Positions 1 through 13,039 of a DNA stretch of 64,000 bases are shown here, in pieces. Positions within the stretch are counted from its first letter, which is position 1. Each line of letters starts with the position of its first letter. The notes beneath the pieces were generated by a model, which worked only from the letters and a program-made list of their open reading frames with translations, was not told the DNA's origin and ran no database searches. Made by a program: the position numbers and the translations under genes. Location of the stretch: NCBI RefSeq assembly GCF_004010195.1, contig NC_057718.1:6362857-6426856 (forward strand), in the 5' to 3' direction. This DNA comes from Chiloscyllium plagiosum (Eukaryota).

Positions 1-738
1 GATTTGGACAAGTGAGGAGAGTGGGCAAAGTAGTGGCAGATGGAGTACAATGTGGGAAAGTGTGAGGTCATGCACTTTGGTAGGAAGGATAGAGGCATGA
101 ACTATTGTCTAAATGGGGAGAAAATTCAGAAGTCTGAAGTGCAAACAGACTTGACAGTTCCAGTCTAGAATTCTCTCAGGTTAACTTGCAGGTTGAGTCA
201 ATAGTTAGCAAGGGAAATTCATCTCGAGAGGACTTGAATATAAAAACAGGGATGTACTTCCGAGGCTCTGGTCAGACCACATTTGGAGTTTTGTGCGTAG
301 TTCTGTGCTCCATATCTCAGGAAGGATATACTGGTCCTGAAGTGTGTTCAGAGGAGATTCACAAGAATGGTCCCAGGAGTGAAACACTTAACACATGAGG
401 AATGTTTGAGGACTCTGGGTCTATACTCAGTGCAGTTTGGAAGATTGAGGATCTAATTGAAACTTACAGAATGCTGAATGGCCTGATAGTGGATGTTGGG
501 AAGATGTTTCTATTGGTAGAAGAGACTAGGACCCGATGGCACAGCCTTAGAGTAAAGGGAAGACCTTTTAGAACGGAGGTAAGGAGAAGCTTCTTCAGCC
601 AGAGAGTGGGGAATCTGTGGAATTCACTGCCACAGAAGGCTGTGGAGGACAGGTCATTGAGTATATTTAAGATTGAGATAGATAGGTTCTTGATTCTTGA
701 GGGGATCAGGGCATACGGGGAGAAAGTGGGGGAGTGGG
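1..738 (+). mobile_element. CR1 (HER1-like) LINE ORF2 3' fragment, decayed
   Basis: Translates to CR1 C-terminal motifs (WQMEYNVGKCEVMHFG; RTRWHSLRVKGRPFRTEVRRSFFSQRVGNLWNSLP) with frameshifts and stops; runs off the window start. Confidence 0.9.
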
Positions 739-789
739 GTTCAAATGTGGTCTTTGCAGTTCTCATACATCTTTAACATTATGTTACAT

Positions 790-1028
790 TCCCACCCAGA
801 CCCAACCCTATCCCTGTAACCCTGCATTTCCCAATAGCTAATCCACCTAGCCTGCACATTCCTGGACACTATGGGCAATTTAGCATGGCCAATCCTCCCT
901 AACCTGCACATCTTTCAATTGTGGGAGGAAACCGGAGCACTAGGAGGAAGTCCATGCAGACATGAGGAGAACGTGCAAATTTCACATGTTCAAACCTGGG
1001 TCCCTGACGCTCTGAGCCACTGTGCCGC
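790..1028 (-). mobile_element. HE1-type V-SINE, partial
   Basis: Reverse complement of the HE1 core (ggcaatttagcatggccaat...ctgcacatcttt...gtgggaggaaaccggagcac). Confidence 0.85.
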
Positions 1029-1503
1029 ACCTTTCACTGAAATGAAAGCCTAATCCCAAAACTAACAGCCTTACAAAATCAGAGTTGACTGCACAGTGAA
1101 AAAAATTAGAGAAAGCCATCAGGCATTGGAAATGAGCGACAGAGATAATGCAGTAGGTGAACTCCCACAATGTGTGTTATTTGACCTGTTGCTAACCATA
1201 ATAATAACTTGATTGAGGTGAACAGTAAAGAAATCTAGTCAGATTGGTTAGTTTGGATTCTTCGTTATTGTCTAATGAACACAGTTTTACAGAAGAATGT
1301 AATAACAAATATAGGCCATTTAACCTGGTGAGCCGTTCTACCAGACAAATAGGTCTTGGATAATTCATTTATCACCCTTGAATCCTTAAACATTGCTGAA
1401 TCAAAATCTACCAACCTCAGTTTTGAAGTTTTCAATTGACTTAATAGATTCTCACAAGAGAGAATTGTACTGATTGCAGCCATGACCAATGGATCTCATT
1501 GAC

Positions 1504-1841
1504 TGTGACATTCTTGATTGGGGTTGTTAACCTTGGTCAGTCAGGGAGCCCTGGCTGACAAATGTAAGCAGGGGATTCTGTTTTTCCTGGTGGTGGAATG
1601 TTAATGAAGTTATTTACACCTAGTATTTTTATGGTGTCTAGCATCTACACACACACAACATGAATGCTGGGGAAAATAAGCACTACTGCTGTAAGGAGAT
1701 GAAAAAATTCAACAGGAGATTCAGAATGTCTCCTTAGTCCAGGGACTCACTCTGAGCTGGCTAGTCAGAGCCAGCGTACTGTGCACAGGTAAATAAAAAG
1801 TGACTTGGTGATGGGAAACCAGCCTCTATGCAGTTATTTCA
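1504..1841 (+). mobile_element. Gypsy solo LTR related to the LTRs at 21408 and 25770, with a ~140 bp insert
   Basis: Starts TGTGA and ends gttatttCA; the 3' part (aaataaa..gtgacttggtgatggg..accagcctct..gttatttca) is the reverse complement of the provirus LTR end. Confidence 0.7.
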
Positions 1842-2312
1842 AAGCTGAGATGGACACATTTTTAATCAGGAAAGGAATCAAGGCTTTTGGGCGGCATGAT
1901 GGCTCAGTGGTTAACATTGTCGCCTCACAGCGCTAAGGACCCAGGTTCGATTTCTCGGGTGACTGTCTGTGTGGAGTTTGCACATTCTCCCCGTGTCTGC
2001 GTGGGTTTCCTCCGGGTGCTCCGGTTTCCTCCCACAGTCAAAAAGATGAGCAGGTCAGGTGAATTGGCCATGCTAAATTGCCCGTAGTGTTAGGTGCATT
2101 AGTCAGAGGGAAATGGGTCTGGGTGGGTTACTCTTCAGAGGGTCGGTGTGGACTTGTTGGGCCAGAGGGCCTGTTTCCATACTGTAGGGAATCTAATCGG
2201 AAAAAAGGCATGAAAGTGGAGTTGCGGATTGTCAGATTAGCCATGGTCTCATTGCTTTGTGGAGCAGACTCAATGGGCTGAATGCCCTATTTCTACCCCT
2301 GTGTCTTATGGG
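1842..2312 (+). mobile_element. CR1 3' end/UTR interrupted by HE1 SINE
   Basis: aagctgagatggacacattttt..ggaatcaagg resumes after the SINE with gtggagttg..gggctgaatg..tcttatgg. Confidence 0.7.
1888..2198 (+). mobile_element. HE1-type V-SINE
   Basis: tRNA-derived head with box A (tggctcagtggtt) and box B (ggttcgattt), V-domain, CR1-derived tail ending aatctaatc. Confidence 0.92.
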
Positions 2313-2608
2313 CTAGAGTTCCAGATTCCCACCATCTATTGTGCAAAGACTGCTTCTTTGCAGCATTTCTGACAGCCCTGGACTAGTTTCAAGGTCTGGT
2401 GCCACGTTCCTTTGGATACTCCTGGCCTAGCAGATGAAAATGCTTCAATCTGTCCAAGTAAATGAACTCAGCAGATGAATGCATCAGACGTTCGACATTG
2501 ATATCATCTGAGCTTGTGTACATTGTTAAATATGAGCACTCGGTGTCCCCCAGTAAGGTATGACCACTTGGCTACAAACTCCTCCTCCTCTACAGATTCT
2601 CACCACCT

Positions 2609-2648
2609 CCCCCCCCCCCCCCCCCCGCCCACCCCCCTCACCCCCCAC
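2609..2648. repeat. Poly-C / C-rich low-complexity tract
   Basis: Direct reading. Confidence 0.9.
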
Positions 2649-2908
2649 CGTGGTGTGCTATCTGTTTGAAACGGAACAGAAAAGGGACACATTTAAGATA
2701 TTAACTGGATAAAGATTCCAATATCTGCCTTCAGACATTCCCTAACACCTGCCTCTTCTATCTGCCTTGCATTTATGACTCTGACTATTTGCTCACGCCA
2801 CTTGGTGTTTAATAACCCAAGCGTTAGGGGACAGGGTGGGAAAGAGGATGGAAGAATGTCAGATTAGAGTGACTCTACTCACTGACAGAATCGGTTCAAG
2901 GGGCTGAA

Positions 2909-3175
2909 GGGGAGAAAGTGAGGACTGCAGGTTCTGGGCAGTCAGAGTCGAAGAGTGAGGCGCTGAAAAAGCACAGCAGGTCAGGCAGCTTCCGAGAAGC
3001 AGGAGAGTCGATGCTTCAGACAAAATCCCTTCATCAGAAATGTGGGGGTTGGGTTGGGGTGTAAGGGAGGCTGAGAGATAAATAGGAGGGGGACCGGGGA
3101 TGGGGGAAGGTGATAGGGAGATGCAATTGGGGGGGTGATAGTGATAGGTTGGAGTGGAGTGTGCAGCGTATAGGT
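2909..3175 (-). mobile_element. Penelope-like 3' terminal fragment inserted in a CR1 3' UTR
   Basis: gagaaagtgaggactgcag..cagcaggtcaggcagc..ccttcatcag followed by a purine-rich tract resembling 57713-57900; direct repeat gggctgaa at 2901-2908 and 3176-3183. Confidence 0.8.
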
Positions 3176-3819
3176 GGGCTGAATGGCCTACCAGGGCTCC
3201 TATTTCTTGTGGTCTTTACAGTCCCATGACAGTCCTGCTTTCGGGGAACCATATAAATGCAATTTGTTCGGTGCAGCTTGTTTAGTAACAAGACAGATGT
3301 TCATTGGACTTGTTTGGCTTTCTTGCATTCTCCTTGCATGCCCATGAGAATTAAGAACATCTGGAGTAAATAGTAGTTTCACCACAGCTGAGACTGGGGC
3401 AGCCCAGTAAACCAGAAATGCCACTTCCTCGATGGGCCCACGCATTGAAAATTTCAGGCTTGGGTCACACTTGTTTACAATGCCGTGGAGATTTGAGAAA
3501 TGCTATCTGCTCTGCTTAACACTCTGCACATTTAAAATCCAGCGTGATTGGCAAAGGTGCTGTTTAAATGTGGTGACAACACCACTGATTACCTTCTTTC
3601 TCAGTAGTTTGGCGGGAGAGATATCCCAGCCTGTCCTCTTATCCCTCCTTTGGCCTGGAGTGCCACGATCAGAGAGGTATCAGCCTGCCCAACTGGCTGT
3701 CAGCCATAAACTGTGGATGGCTCTCAGAATGAGGAGAAATTTAACGTTTTGGGGAGTAAGAGAAACTCGTGAAATCAAACTTCAATTGTGAAGGGAACTC
3801 CTCTGTATCCTCACAGAAT

Positions 3820-4392
3820 TACTGAATTATTAAAGCACACAAGAGGCCATTTAGTCCATTAAGCCTGTGCCAGATCCGTTTCCTGCTGCCAGTTTCCTAT
3901 CTTTTCTCATGTCCCTGTCCATCATTAATGACCAAATTCTCAGCCAATGCTCCTCTTCAATACCTCAATCGAACCTGCCTCTGCCATATTTCCAGGCAGT
4001 GCATTCCAAACCCTCATTTCTCAGCATGGTTAAATGTTTTTCTAATATTACCCTTGCTCCTTTTGCATATCACTGTAAAGCTACGTCCTCTCATTCATAT
4101 TTCTTTTACAAGCAGGAACAGCTTCTCCATATCTGTTCTATCCTCCCTGCTCCTGATTTTAAACACTTTAGCACATCTCCTCCCAGCCTCCTTCCATCCT
4201 CAGAAAAGAGGCCCAAAATCTAGAATCTATTCTCATAACTAAAGTTTCTCATTCCTGGAACAATTCTTCCAAATCGCTTCTACACTCTGTCCAATGTATT
4301 CACACCTTTCCTATTGTACACAATGCCCCAACCTGAGATCTAACAAGTATCTTGAATAAGCTTAACATCACCTTTTGTACTCTATGCCCCTA
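3820..4392 (-). mobile_element. CR1 3' fragments, decayed
   Basis: Reverse CR1 tail (gaggccatttagtccatt) and reverse ORF2 segment at 4150-4390. Confidence 0.6.
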
Positions 4393-7360
4393 TTATTTTG
4401 TATTATTCACTTGTGGGAAGTGGATATCACTGGGGGTGAGCTGCCTTCTGGAACCATTGTCGTCCACGTGCTGTGGGCTGACCCACAATGCCCTTAGGGA
4501 GGGAATTCTAGGATTGTGACCCAGTGACACTGAAGGAACAGTGATATATTTCCAAGTCAGGATGGCGAGTGGCTTGGAGGGGAACTTCCAGATGGTAATG
4601 TTCCCATACACCTTTTGATCCCTCTATCCTTCTAGGTGGATGTGGATGTGGGTTTGGAAGGTGCTGTCTGAGGATCTTTGGTGAATTTCTGCAGTGCATC
4701 TTGTAGATATTTCACACTGCTGCTACTGAGTGTTGATGGTGGAGGGAGCAGATGTTTGTGAATGTGGTGCCAGTCAAGGGGTTACTTTGTCCGGGATGGT
4801 GTCAAGCTTCTTGAATGTCGTTGGAGCTTGTCCCATCTAGGCAAGAAGGGAATATTCAATCACACTCCTGACTTGTGCCTTGTAAGTGGTGGACAGGCTT
4901 TGAGAAGTCAGGAGGTGAGTTACTCACTGTAATGTTCCAAACAGCTGATGTGCTCTTATCACCACTGTATTTATATGCAGAGTCCAGTTGAGTTTCTGTT
5001 TGATGGTAATGTTCAGGATGTTGATAGGGGGATTCAGTGATGGTAACACTATTAAATGCTAAGGTGTAGTGGTCTTTTATTGGAGATGGTAATTAATCCT
5101 TGCATTTGTGTGGTGCCAATGTTACTTGTCACTTGTCAGCCCAAGCTTGGATATTGTCCAGATCTTGTTGCAGTTGAATATGAACTGCTTCAGTACCTGA
5201 GGAGTCACAAATGGAGCTGAACGTTGTGCGATCGTTGGCGAATATCTGACCTTTTAATGGAGGGAAGGTCATTGATGAAGCAGCTGAAGATAGTTGGACC
5301 TAGAGCACTATAGAATCATAGAATCCCTACAGTGTGGAAACAGGCCCTTCGGCCCAACAACTCCACAGCAGCCCTTCGAAGAGTAACCCACCCAGACTCA
5401 TTCCTCTGCATTTACCCCTGACTAATGCAGCTAGCCTACATATCCCTGAACACAGTGGGACAACTTAGCATGGCCAATTCACCTGACCTACACATCTTTG
5501 GATTGTGAAACTGGAGCACCCGGAGGAAACCCATGCAAACATCGTGTGAATGTGCAAACTCCACACAGACAGCTGCCTGAGGCTGGAATCGAACCCGGGT
5601 CCCTGGCACTGTGAGGCAACAGTGCTACCCACTGAGGGGCACCTGCAGAGATGTCCTGGAGCTGAGATGACTGACCTCCAACAACTGCAACCATCATCCT
5701 ATAGGTAAATTATGACTCCAACCATCTGATACCCATTGATTTCAGACATCCTAGGGCTCCGTGATGCCACACTCGGTCAAATGCAGTCTTGATGTCAAGG
5801 GTCTGTCATTCTCCCCTCCCCTCTGGAATTCAGCTCTTTTCTCCATGTTTGAACTAAGGCTGTAATGGAGTCAGGAGCTGAGTGCCCTGGCAGAACCCAA
5901 ACTGGGCGTCACTGAGCAGGTTGTTGCTGAGCTGGTGCTGCTTGATAGCCCTGTTGATGACACCTTCCATCACATTACTGATGATCAAGAGTAAACTGAT
6001 GGGTTGGTTACTGGCTGAGTTGGATTTGTCCTGCTTTTTGTGAACAGGACATACCTGTGTAATTGTCCATAGTGTTGTAACTGTACTGGAAGAGCTTGGT
6101 TAGGGAAGCAGTAGGTTATGGAGCACAAGTCTTTAGGAGTATTGCCGGAATGTTGTCAGGGCCCATAGCCTTGGCAATACCCAGTGTCTCCAAAGATGTC
6201 TTAATATCATTTGGAGTGAATCGAATTGGCTGAAGATGCTGGGGACCACTGGTGGAGCCCAAGATGGATCATCCACTCAGCACTTCTGGCCGTAGATTGC
6301 TGCAAATGTTTCAGCCTTATCTTTTGCACTGACGTGCTGGGCTCTTCCATTATTGAGGATGGGGATATTTGTGGAGCGTCCTCCTCCAGTGAGTTGTTTA
6401 GTTAATCATCACCATTCATGACTGGATGTGGCAGGACTGCAGAGCTTAGATCCGATCGATTGGTTGTGGGATTGCATAACTCTATCACTTATGTTGTTTG
6501 ACATGCAAGTAGTTCTGTTTGGTGGCTTCACCAGGTTGACACCTCATTTTCAGGTCTGTCTGGTGCTGCTCCTGGCATGCACTCCTACACTCTCCATTGA
6601 ACCAGGGTTGATCCCCTGGCTTGGTGGTAATGTTTGAGTGGGGGCTATGCCAAGTCATGAGGTTACAGATTTTGCTGGAGTACAGTTCTGCTGCGGTTGA
6701 TGACCCACAACCAGTCTTAAGTTGCTAGATCTGTTTGAAATCTATTCCATTTAGCATGGTGATAGCTCCACACAACATGATGGAGGGCATTCCCAAGGTG
6801 AAGGCAGGACTTGGTCTCCACAAGGACTGTACAGTGGTCTTTCTTACCAATAGCGTCATGGACAGATGCATCTGCAGCTTGGTAGAGATCAGGTCATGGA
6901 TGTTTCTTTCTCTTGTTGGTTCCCTTACCACCTGCCACGGAGCCAGTCTAGGAGCTATGTCCTTTAGGACCCGAACAGCTCCATCAGTAGTCTGGTTGCT
7001 GAGGCACTCTTGGTGGTCGATATTGAAATCTCCCACCCAGAGTACACTTTGTGTCCTAACTACCTTCAGTGTTTCTTTTCAGTGTTATTCAACACCGGGT
7101 GGGGGGGGTGGGGGGAAGAGTATTGATTCATCAGCTGAGGGAGGATGGTTCATAGTAATCAGCAGGAGGTTTCCTTTCCCACGTTTAACCTGAAGCCATG
7201 AGACTTTATGGAGTCCAAAGTCAAAGTCAAGACTCCCAGATCAAATCCCTTCTGACTGTATCCCACTGTGCCACCACCTCTGCTGGGTCTGTCCTGCTGG
7301 TGGGACAGGACATATCTAGAGTTGGTGATGGTGGCTGTCTGGCATATTGTCTGTAAATAT
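4393..7360 (-). mobile_element. CR1-group (Zenon-like) LINE, ~3 kb, endonuclease to 3' end, decayed; HE1 nested inside
   Basis: APE motifs MGDFN..QVVREPTR..DLI at 6725-7036; C-terminus MHCRNSPKILRQHLPNP..WEHYHLEVPLQATRHPDLEIYHCSFSVTGSQSW at 4508-4699. Confidence 0.85.
5311..5636 (-). mobile_element. HE1-type V-SINE
   Basis: Reverse HE1 from the tail (tagaatcatagaatccctac) to the head (cagtgctacccactgag). Confidence 0.9.
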
Positions 7361-7364
7361 TATT

Positions 7365-7490
7365 AGATATTTCTATTGAATTCAAATTCCACCAGCTGCC
7401 TTGGTTGGACTTGAACCTGCATCCCTGTAACATTAGCTAAGTTCTGGATTGATAGTCCACCAACAATACCACTAGGCCATTACCTCCCCA
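7365..7490 (-). mobile_element. tRNA-derived SINE head (family sharing the Zenon-like LINE tail)
   Basis: Reverse of ggggaggtaatggcctagtggtatt..ggactatcaatccag..ggttcaagtcc..tggtggaatttgaattcaata. Confidence 0.7.
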
Positions 7491-8004
7491 GTCAAGCCAA
7501 GAATGCTCCATGCTTCCTTATCTGCTCTCTCGCCCTATCATGCTACCCTCAATGACCTATGCACATATATGACCAGGTCCATCTCTTTGTGCTCAGTACA
7601 GCAACTTGTCCTTTTGGCATTTTGCACTGTCATCTTCACAGATGACAATTCTTCCAAGTTAAGTGTCATGTGTAAGCTTTGTAATTGTCCCCCAGACTCT
7701 AACGGCCAAATCTCTCAGACCTTCCCACAAAGAGACGGGTCTGTCACTGGTTCTCTGGCAATAATCTGAACACCACAACAAGGTAATATAAAAGTTTCGT
7801 GCGGTGTTCAGAAGTGTAAAAATAATCTTGACTTCCAAGCACGGGATTTTTAAAAAATATTTTTCAAATTAAAATTATTTACATTTTTTTTCTTCTTTGT
7901 AAGTACGTCAATACTGGCCCCATTCACCATCTCACTTCCTCTGCCACTTCTAATGGTTGAGAAAGAATCAAATGTATGTCAGTGGGTAAAAGCCCAAAAA
8001 TTAG

Positions 8005-8271
8005 GAGAGTTCAAAATGAGAGGTCGTGTTTTTTAAGGTGAGAGGAGAAAGATTTGAAAGGGACCTGAGGGGGATCATTTTCACACAAAGGCTGGTTCAT
8101 ATGTGGAATGAACTGCCAGAGGAAGTGGTAGATGCAGGCACAGTTACAATATTTAAAAAAAACATTTGGGCAAGCACATGAAAGGTTTACAGGGATGTGG
8201 GGCAAACAGGTCTAGTTTAGTTTGGGAAACTTGGCCAGTACAGACTGGTTGGAGTGGAGGGTCTGTTTTTT
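8005..8271 (+). mobile_element. CR1 3' fragment
   Basis: FKVRGERFERDLRG..FTQR..WNELPEEVV-type sequence plus 3' UTR. Confidence 0.8.
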
Positions 8272-8568
8272 TTAGATTACTTACAGTGTGGAAACAGGCC
8301 CTTCGGCCCAACAAGTCCACACCGACCCACCAAAGCGCAACCCACCCAGACCCATTCCCCCTTCATCTAACACTACGGGCAATTTAGCATGGCCAGCTCA
8401 CCTAACCTGCACATATTTGGATTGTGGGAGGAAACCGGAGTACCCAGAGGAAACCCACGCCGACACGGGGAGAATGTGCAAACTCCACACAGAGAGTCGC
8501 CTGAGGTGGGAATTGAACCTGGGTCTCTGGCGCTGTGAGGCAGCAGTGCTAACCACTGTGCCACCGTG
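8272..8568 (-). mobile_element. HE1-type V-SINE, low divergence
   Basis: Full reverse copy, ttagatta tail to ccactgtgccaccgtgc head. Confidence 0.93.
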
Positions 8569-8594
8569 CTGTATGACTGTGTGACTTTAAAATA

Positions 8595-8822
8595 ATGCCG
8601 ATACTGGAAATATGAAACTGATGTGGAGAATGCTGGAGAAACTCGGCAGGTCTGGCAGCATCTAGGGAGAGAGAGCGTTGACATTTCAAATCTGATTTGA
8701 CTCTTCATCATTTCTGAGAGGAGCCACTGAAGAGGAATCATATTGGGCTTGAAACGTTAACTCGGTTTCTCTCTCCACGGATGCTACCTGACCTGCTGAG
8801 TTTCTCCAGCATTCTCTGCATC
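8595..8822. mobile_element. Old palindromic Penelope-derived element with degenerate hammerhead motifs
   Basis: Inverted arms gagaatgctggagaaactcggcaggtctggcagcatc / gatgctacctgacctgctgagtttctccagcattctc; centre ctgaaga..gaaacgtt. Confidence 0.75.
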
Positions 8823-9679
8823 TATGTCAGTGGTGGTTAGGTTTAGGGCAATGGTGAAGTCTCAAATCATTAACACTGAGCCTTTCCCTTGAGCTTCTCT
8901 CTCTCCCTGTTAAAGGAACAAGCAAGGAACTTGCATTTAGATTGCACATGTACATCCTGTTGAAGAAGAGAAGGAGATTTATAAGCAGGATTTATTCATC
9001 AATGAACATAGCTGAAATAACTATTTGAACATACTCATTTGTTGCACAATTTGCCTCTCTTTCTTTCCGACAATACAATAGTAACTGGACTTAAACTGCT
9101 CTCAATCGGCTATAAGTGCTTTGGGGTATCCTTTAACTCAATGTGACTGGGGGAAAAGATCAAATTTCAGGATCTCTCTGCCTGTTAATTCACCAACCTA
9201 AGAATGGGTCATGTGAAGCATTGGAGAGAAATGATTCAATTTGCCGACAAGAATGGAACTTATGTGTAATGTCTGCTTATCTACCAAAACGATAGTACAC
9301 CAGGCAATTCCAACTCCAAATATCTTCCAATGTTTATATTTTTGTTTGTCCATCAGATGGATAAATCACAAACAGAGATGATGGGAAGAATCATTGCATA
9401 AATATGGAAACATTTATGTGTTTTATTTTGCCAATTTGTGTTTCCAGCCATAACACTGCAAATTAACATTAATTCCTATGATATTTCCGATGTGCGTGGT
9501 TCATTGTTCTTGTTGTTGTATGCACTATAGAGGAAGGGCTTTGTGACGTAGTCATTTGAAAATATCCAGAATCTATGAAGCCTTAGGAGGAGTGGAAACT
9601 GCCAGGAGAAAATGACATGTATTACTCTGAAACTGCGTCTTCACTTGCTGCGTGCTTGTCCCTCCAAACTGCTGCAGCT

Positions 9680-10100
9680 TTAGCAGGAAAGGACAGGCTG
9701 GATAATGGTAAATCATATCCACTTGTTGGGGATTTGAGAACTAGGGTCATAGTCTGAAGAATTAGGGCTAGACTAATCAGGAATACTAACATACACAAAG
9801 GGTTGAAAAATGTGTTGCTGGAAAAGAGCAGCAGGTCAGGCAGCATCCAAGGAGCAGGAGAATCGACGTTTCAGGCATAAGCCCTTCTTCAAAGGGTGTG
9901 AAGGTTTGGAACTCTCTTCCACAAGTAGCTGTAGTTGCTGGATCAGTTGTTAATTTTAAATCTGAGATAGGTTTTTGCAAAATAAAGTATTAAAGGATAT
10001 GGGCCAAGGGCAGGTATGTGGAGTTAGGCCACAGATCAGCCAAGGTCTCATTGAATTGTGGAACAAGCTTGAGGGGCTAAATGGTCTGTTCCTGTTGCTA
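9680..10100 (+). mobile_element. CR1 3' fragment with PLE mini-insertion
   Basis: CR1 end (actagggtcatagtctg..ggaactctcttccaca..gggctaaatggtct) split at 9804-9889. Confidence 0.8.
9804..9889 (-). mobile_element. Penelope terminal mini-insertion
   Basis: tgtgttgctggaaaag..gaatcgacgtttcaggcataagcccttctt; direct repeat caaagggt at 9796-9803 and 9890-9897. Confidence 0.8.
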
Positions 10101-10510
10101 TTATCCCAGATTTATTCTGATATATTTGTATCGACTCAGGCCATTTTCACATGTAAAGAATTGCTGAACATGAATCTTAAAATCTTAAAACTCCATTGAA
10201 CATTTTAGAAATATCTCTCTCTCTCATGGACGAAGCTTTCTGGGTTGGTGAGATGACTTAACCTTCTCACAGATGTCAAGGACATGTGTCCAAAAGACCC
10301 TGAAACAAAACATTCTTAAACCGGAAGGGGGTGATTTCATAACCCATCCATGAGGCCCTAGAAAGATGACTTCTTGAGAGGGAAAAATTACTTTGGATGG
10401 GAAACAGTTTCTCAATGCTGGCCCCAGTCTAATACCTTTTGTTAGTTCAAGAAGTGTTTGGATGAAGGGCAACTTTACAAAATTACCGATGCTGGCTTCA
10501 GCCAGAACAT

Positions 10511-10743
10511 TTGAATTCTGCAAAAATCTGGAATGAGGATTCTAACGATGACCGTGAACCCTGTGTTGATTGTTGGAAAAGCCCATCTGGTTCACTAATG
10601 CCCTTTCAGGAAGGAAGCTGCCATCCTTACTTGCTCTGGCCTACACGTGACTCCAGACCCACTACAATGGGATTGACTCTTAACTGCCCTCTGGGATGGG
10701 CAACCCAGCTACTGATGCTGTCATCCCATGAATAATAAAAAAA
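10511..10743 (+). mobile_element. tRNA-SINE (Zenon-like tail family), 5' truncated
   Basis: cccatctggttcactaatg..gtgactccagacccac..gactcttaactgccctctg..catcccatgaataataaaaaa. Confidence 0.8.
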
Positions 10744-10833
10744 ACTTGATCACATATCTCTTCTGCCTTTTTAATTTACGGATCATATCGAAACTATTGT
10801 TTCTTAAAATGATACTTTAAGCAATGGACATCC

Positions 10834-11108
10834 GGGTGGCATGATGGCTCAGTGGCTAGCATTTCTGCCTCACAGTGCCAGGGTCCCAGGTTCAATTCCA
10901 GCCTCGGGTGACTGCCTGTGTGGAGTTTGCACATTCTCCCCGTATCTGCATGGGTTTCCTCCCACAGTCTAAAGATGTGCGGGTTAGGTGAATTGGCCAT
11001 GCTAAATTGCCCATAGTATTAGGTACATTAGTTGGAGGGAGGTGGGTTACTCTTCGGAGAGTTGGTTTGGGCTGAAGGGCCTGTTTCCACACTGTAGGGG
11101 GTCTAATC
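10834..11108 (+). mobile_element. HE1-type V-SINE
   Basis: Head, V-domain and tail present, with an internal deletion. Confidence 0.9.
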
Positions 11109-11204
11109 TTATTGCTCCAACTCCTTTTTGCATAAACTGTGACTTCTGGTCTTACACTCAAGATTCAAAGGACCTGAAGTGGGATTGCAAGCTAAATTTG
11201 TTCT

Positions 11205-11745
11205 CTGCCATGGGTTCCAAACCCACTCACAGAGACTTGAGCACAAGATGCAAAAGGGGGAGTCTGCAAGTTGCAAATCAAGGAGCCCTAAAGGTGGATG
11301 TCAAATCTCCCTGCTGTATTTAACAAAGAACAGTGATGTCTCTACTGTGTCTTGACCAATATGTGTAGGGATTCGTGAGTATCCAGATGGGTCCCTGAGA
11401 CAAATCATTTGAGGGAAACTCTTCTGAAAGGATGATCTAGAGTAGCTCAGAGCAGAGATGTCCACATGCGGATCACTATGCATTGGATATTCATTAATAC
11501 CGTTTAAAGGTCTGATCTCAGTTTATCCAAACAGTAAAACTCACACAATATGCTCCTTTCACCAAGCTAACTATAACAGCTTTGCTGGTCAGTGTTTTTA
11601 AGTAACTGTTTGCAGCAGCTTGCTGTACATAAATTGCTGCATTTCCTTCCATTATGGCAATGTCAACACTTCATAAATATTTACTCAGAGTTTTGGAGAT
11701 CCCGATGTTTGGAAGGTGCTACTGGAAAGGCAAGCATTCATTTCT
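11205..11745 (+). mobile_element. SacSINE1-like DeuSINE remnant
   Basis: Deu-domain-like ggtggatgtcaaatctccc..aaagaacag..gtgtcttgaccaatat and 3' part gcttgctgtacataaattgctgc..aaggtgcta..gcaag. Confidence 0.55.
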
Positions 11746-12252
11746 GAAACTGGCTTTCCCTTTTAAGACTGTTTCACAAGTATTTCCTGAGGGATTCCGT
11801 ATAATTATAGCAATTTGTAACTCTTAAATTGTGAAACCTATCTGAAGTCATTTAAAGGTCAGTACATTATTTTAAAATTTCAGATTCTAAGGTCAGTGAT
11901 ATGTGTGAGTGTGTGTTTGTGTGTGTAAGGAAAAACCCTTCTGTTACTGGAACAAAGTGTGATGTCTGGTATTTGACGATCGAGAATGGAAATTCTGACT
12001 TGTGCCAGAAACAGTAAACCTCTCATGCAATCTTCATTGGGAGAGGGAAGTCCCAAACAATTTGGATATTTTCACTGTCTTTAATGTAGTTCACAGGACT
12101 GGACCTCACTGAGAATAAGGAGACACTAGGACACCATTGTCAATGATGTAGGTTTGAAGGTGTCTCATAGAGGGGAAGAGAGGTTTATCATCCAGATAAA
12201 GACTCGAGATAGTAAACATAATGAAAAAGAAAAACATGCATTTCAAATATTT

Positions 12253-12590
12253 GGGATGGCTCAGTAGTTAGCACTGCTGCCTCACAGTGCCAGAGGCCCA
12301 AGTTCGATTCCAGCCTCGGGCAACCGTCTGTGTGGTGTTTGCACATTCTCTCCGAGTCTGCATGGGTTTTCTCCGGATGCTGTCAAACATCCACAATCCA
12401 ACGATGTGCAGGTTAGGTGCATTGGCCATACTAAGTTGTCCATAGTGACCAGGGATGTATAATTTCAGTATGTTAGCCATGAGTAATGCAAGGTTAGAGG
12501 GATGGGGTAGTGCGGTGGGCCTGATTGGAATGCTCTTCAGTGTGGATTTGTTGAGCTGAATAGCCTGTTTCCACACTGGATGGATTCTAA
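12253..12590 (+). mobile_element. HE1-type V-SINE
   Basis: tggctcagtagttagcactgctgcctcacag head through gcctgtttccacactg tail. Confidence 0.9.
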
Positions 12591-12769
12591 AGGAAAATAG
12601 TCTTAAAGGAAGTAAACTTAACATTTTATTCATAGAAGTGTAATTTTTCTTTCGTAAGTCTATCAAAAAAATTTTAACAATAAATCTCTTGTCATTTAAT
12701 AAAAAAGCAACTTGCATGGCTTGACAAATGTCTCAGAGGAAATAAATGTCAATTGGAGGGGTTTGTAGC

Positions 12770-13023
12770 ATCCCTGCAGTGTGGAAGCAGGCCATTGGCC
12801 CATCAAGTCCACACTGACCTTCCAAAGAACATGCCACCCAGTCCCAGCCTCCTGTTCCCATAACCCTACAATTTTACCATGGCTAACTCACACATCACTG
12901 GACACAATAGGGCAATTTAGCATCTAGGAAGTGTGGGAGTAACCCCACACAGACAGTTGCCCAAGGGTGGAATCAAACCCAGCTCCCTGGTCCCGTGAGG
13001 CTAACCACTGAGCCAGCATGCCA
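12770..13023 (-). mobile_element. HE1-type V-SINE, internally deleted
   Basis: Reverse tail (cagtgtggaagcaggcc) and head (ctaaccactgagcca). Confidence 0.75.
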
Positions 13024-13039
13024 CTCATTGATTGGTTGC

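Noticed and set aside
1888..1955. tRNA-like box A/box B sequences as tRNA genes
   Set aside because: They are SINE heads continuing into the V-domain; no complete cloverleaf
3432..3791. 119-aa ORF in non-repeat sequence
   Set aside because: No recognisable domain or convincing splice signals; length compatible with chance
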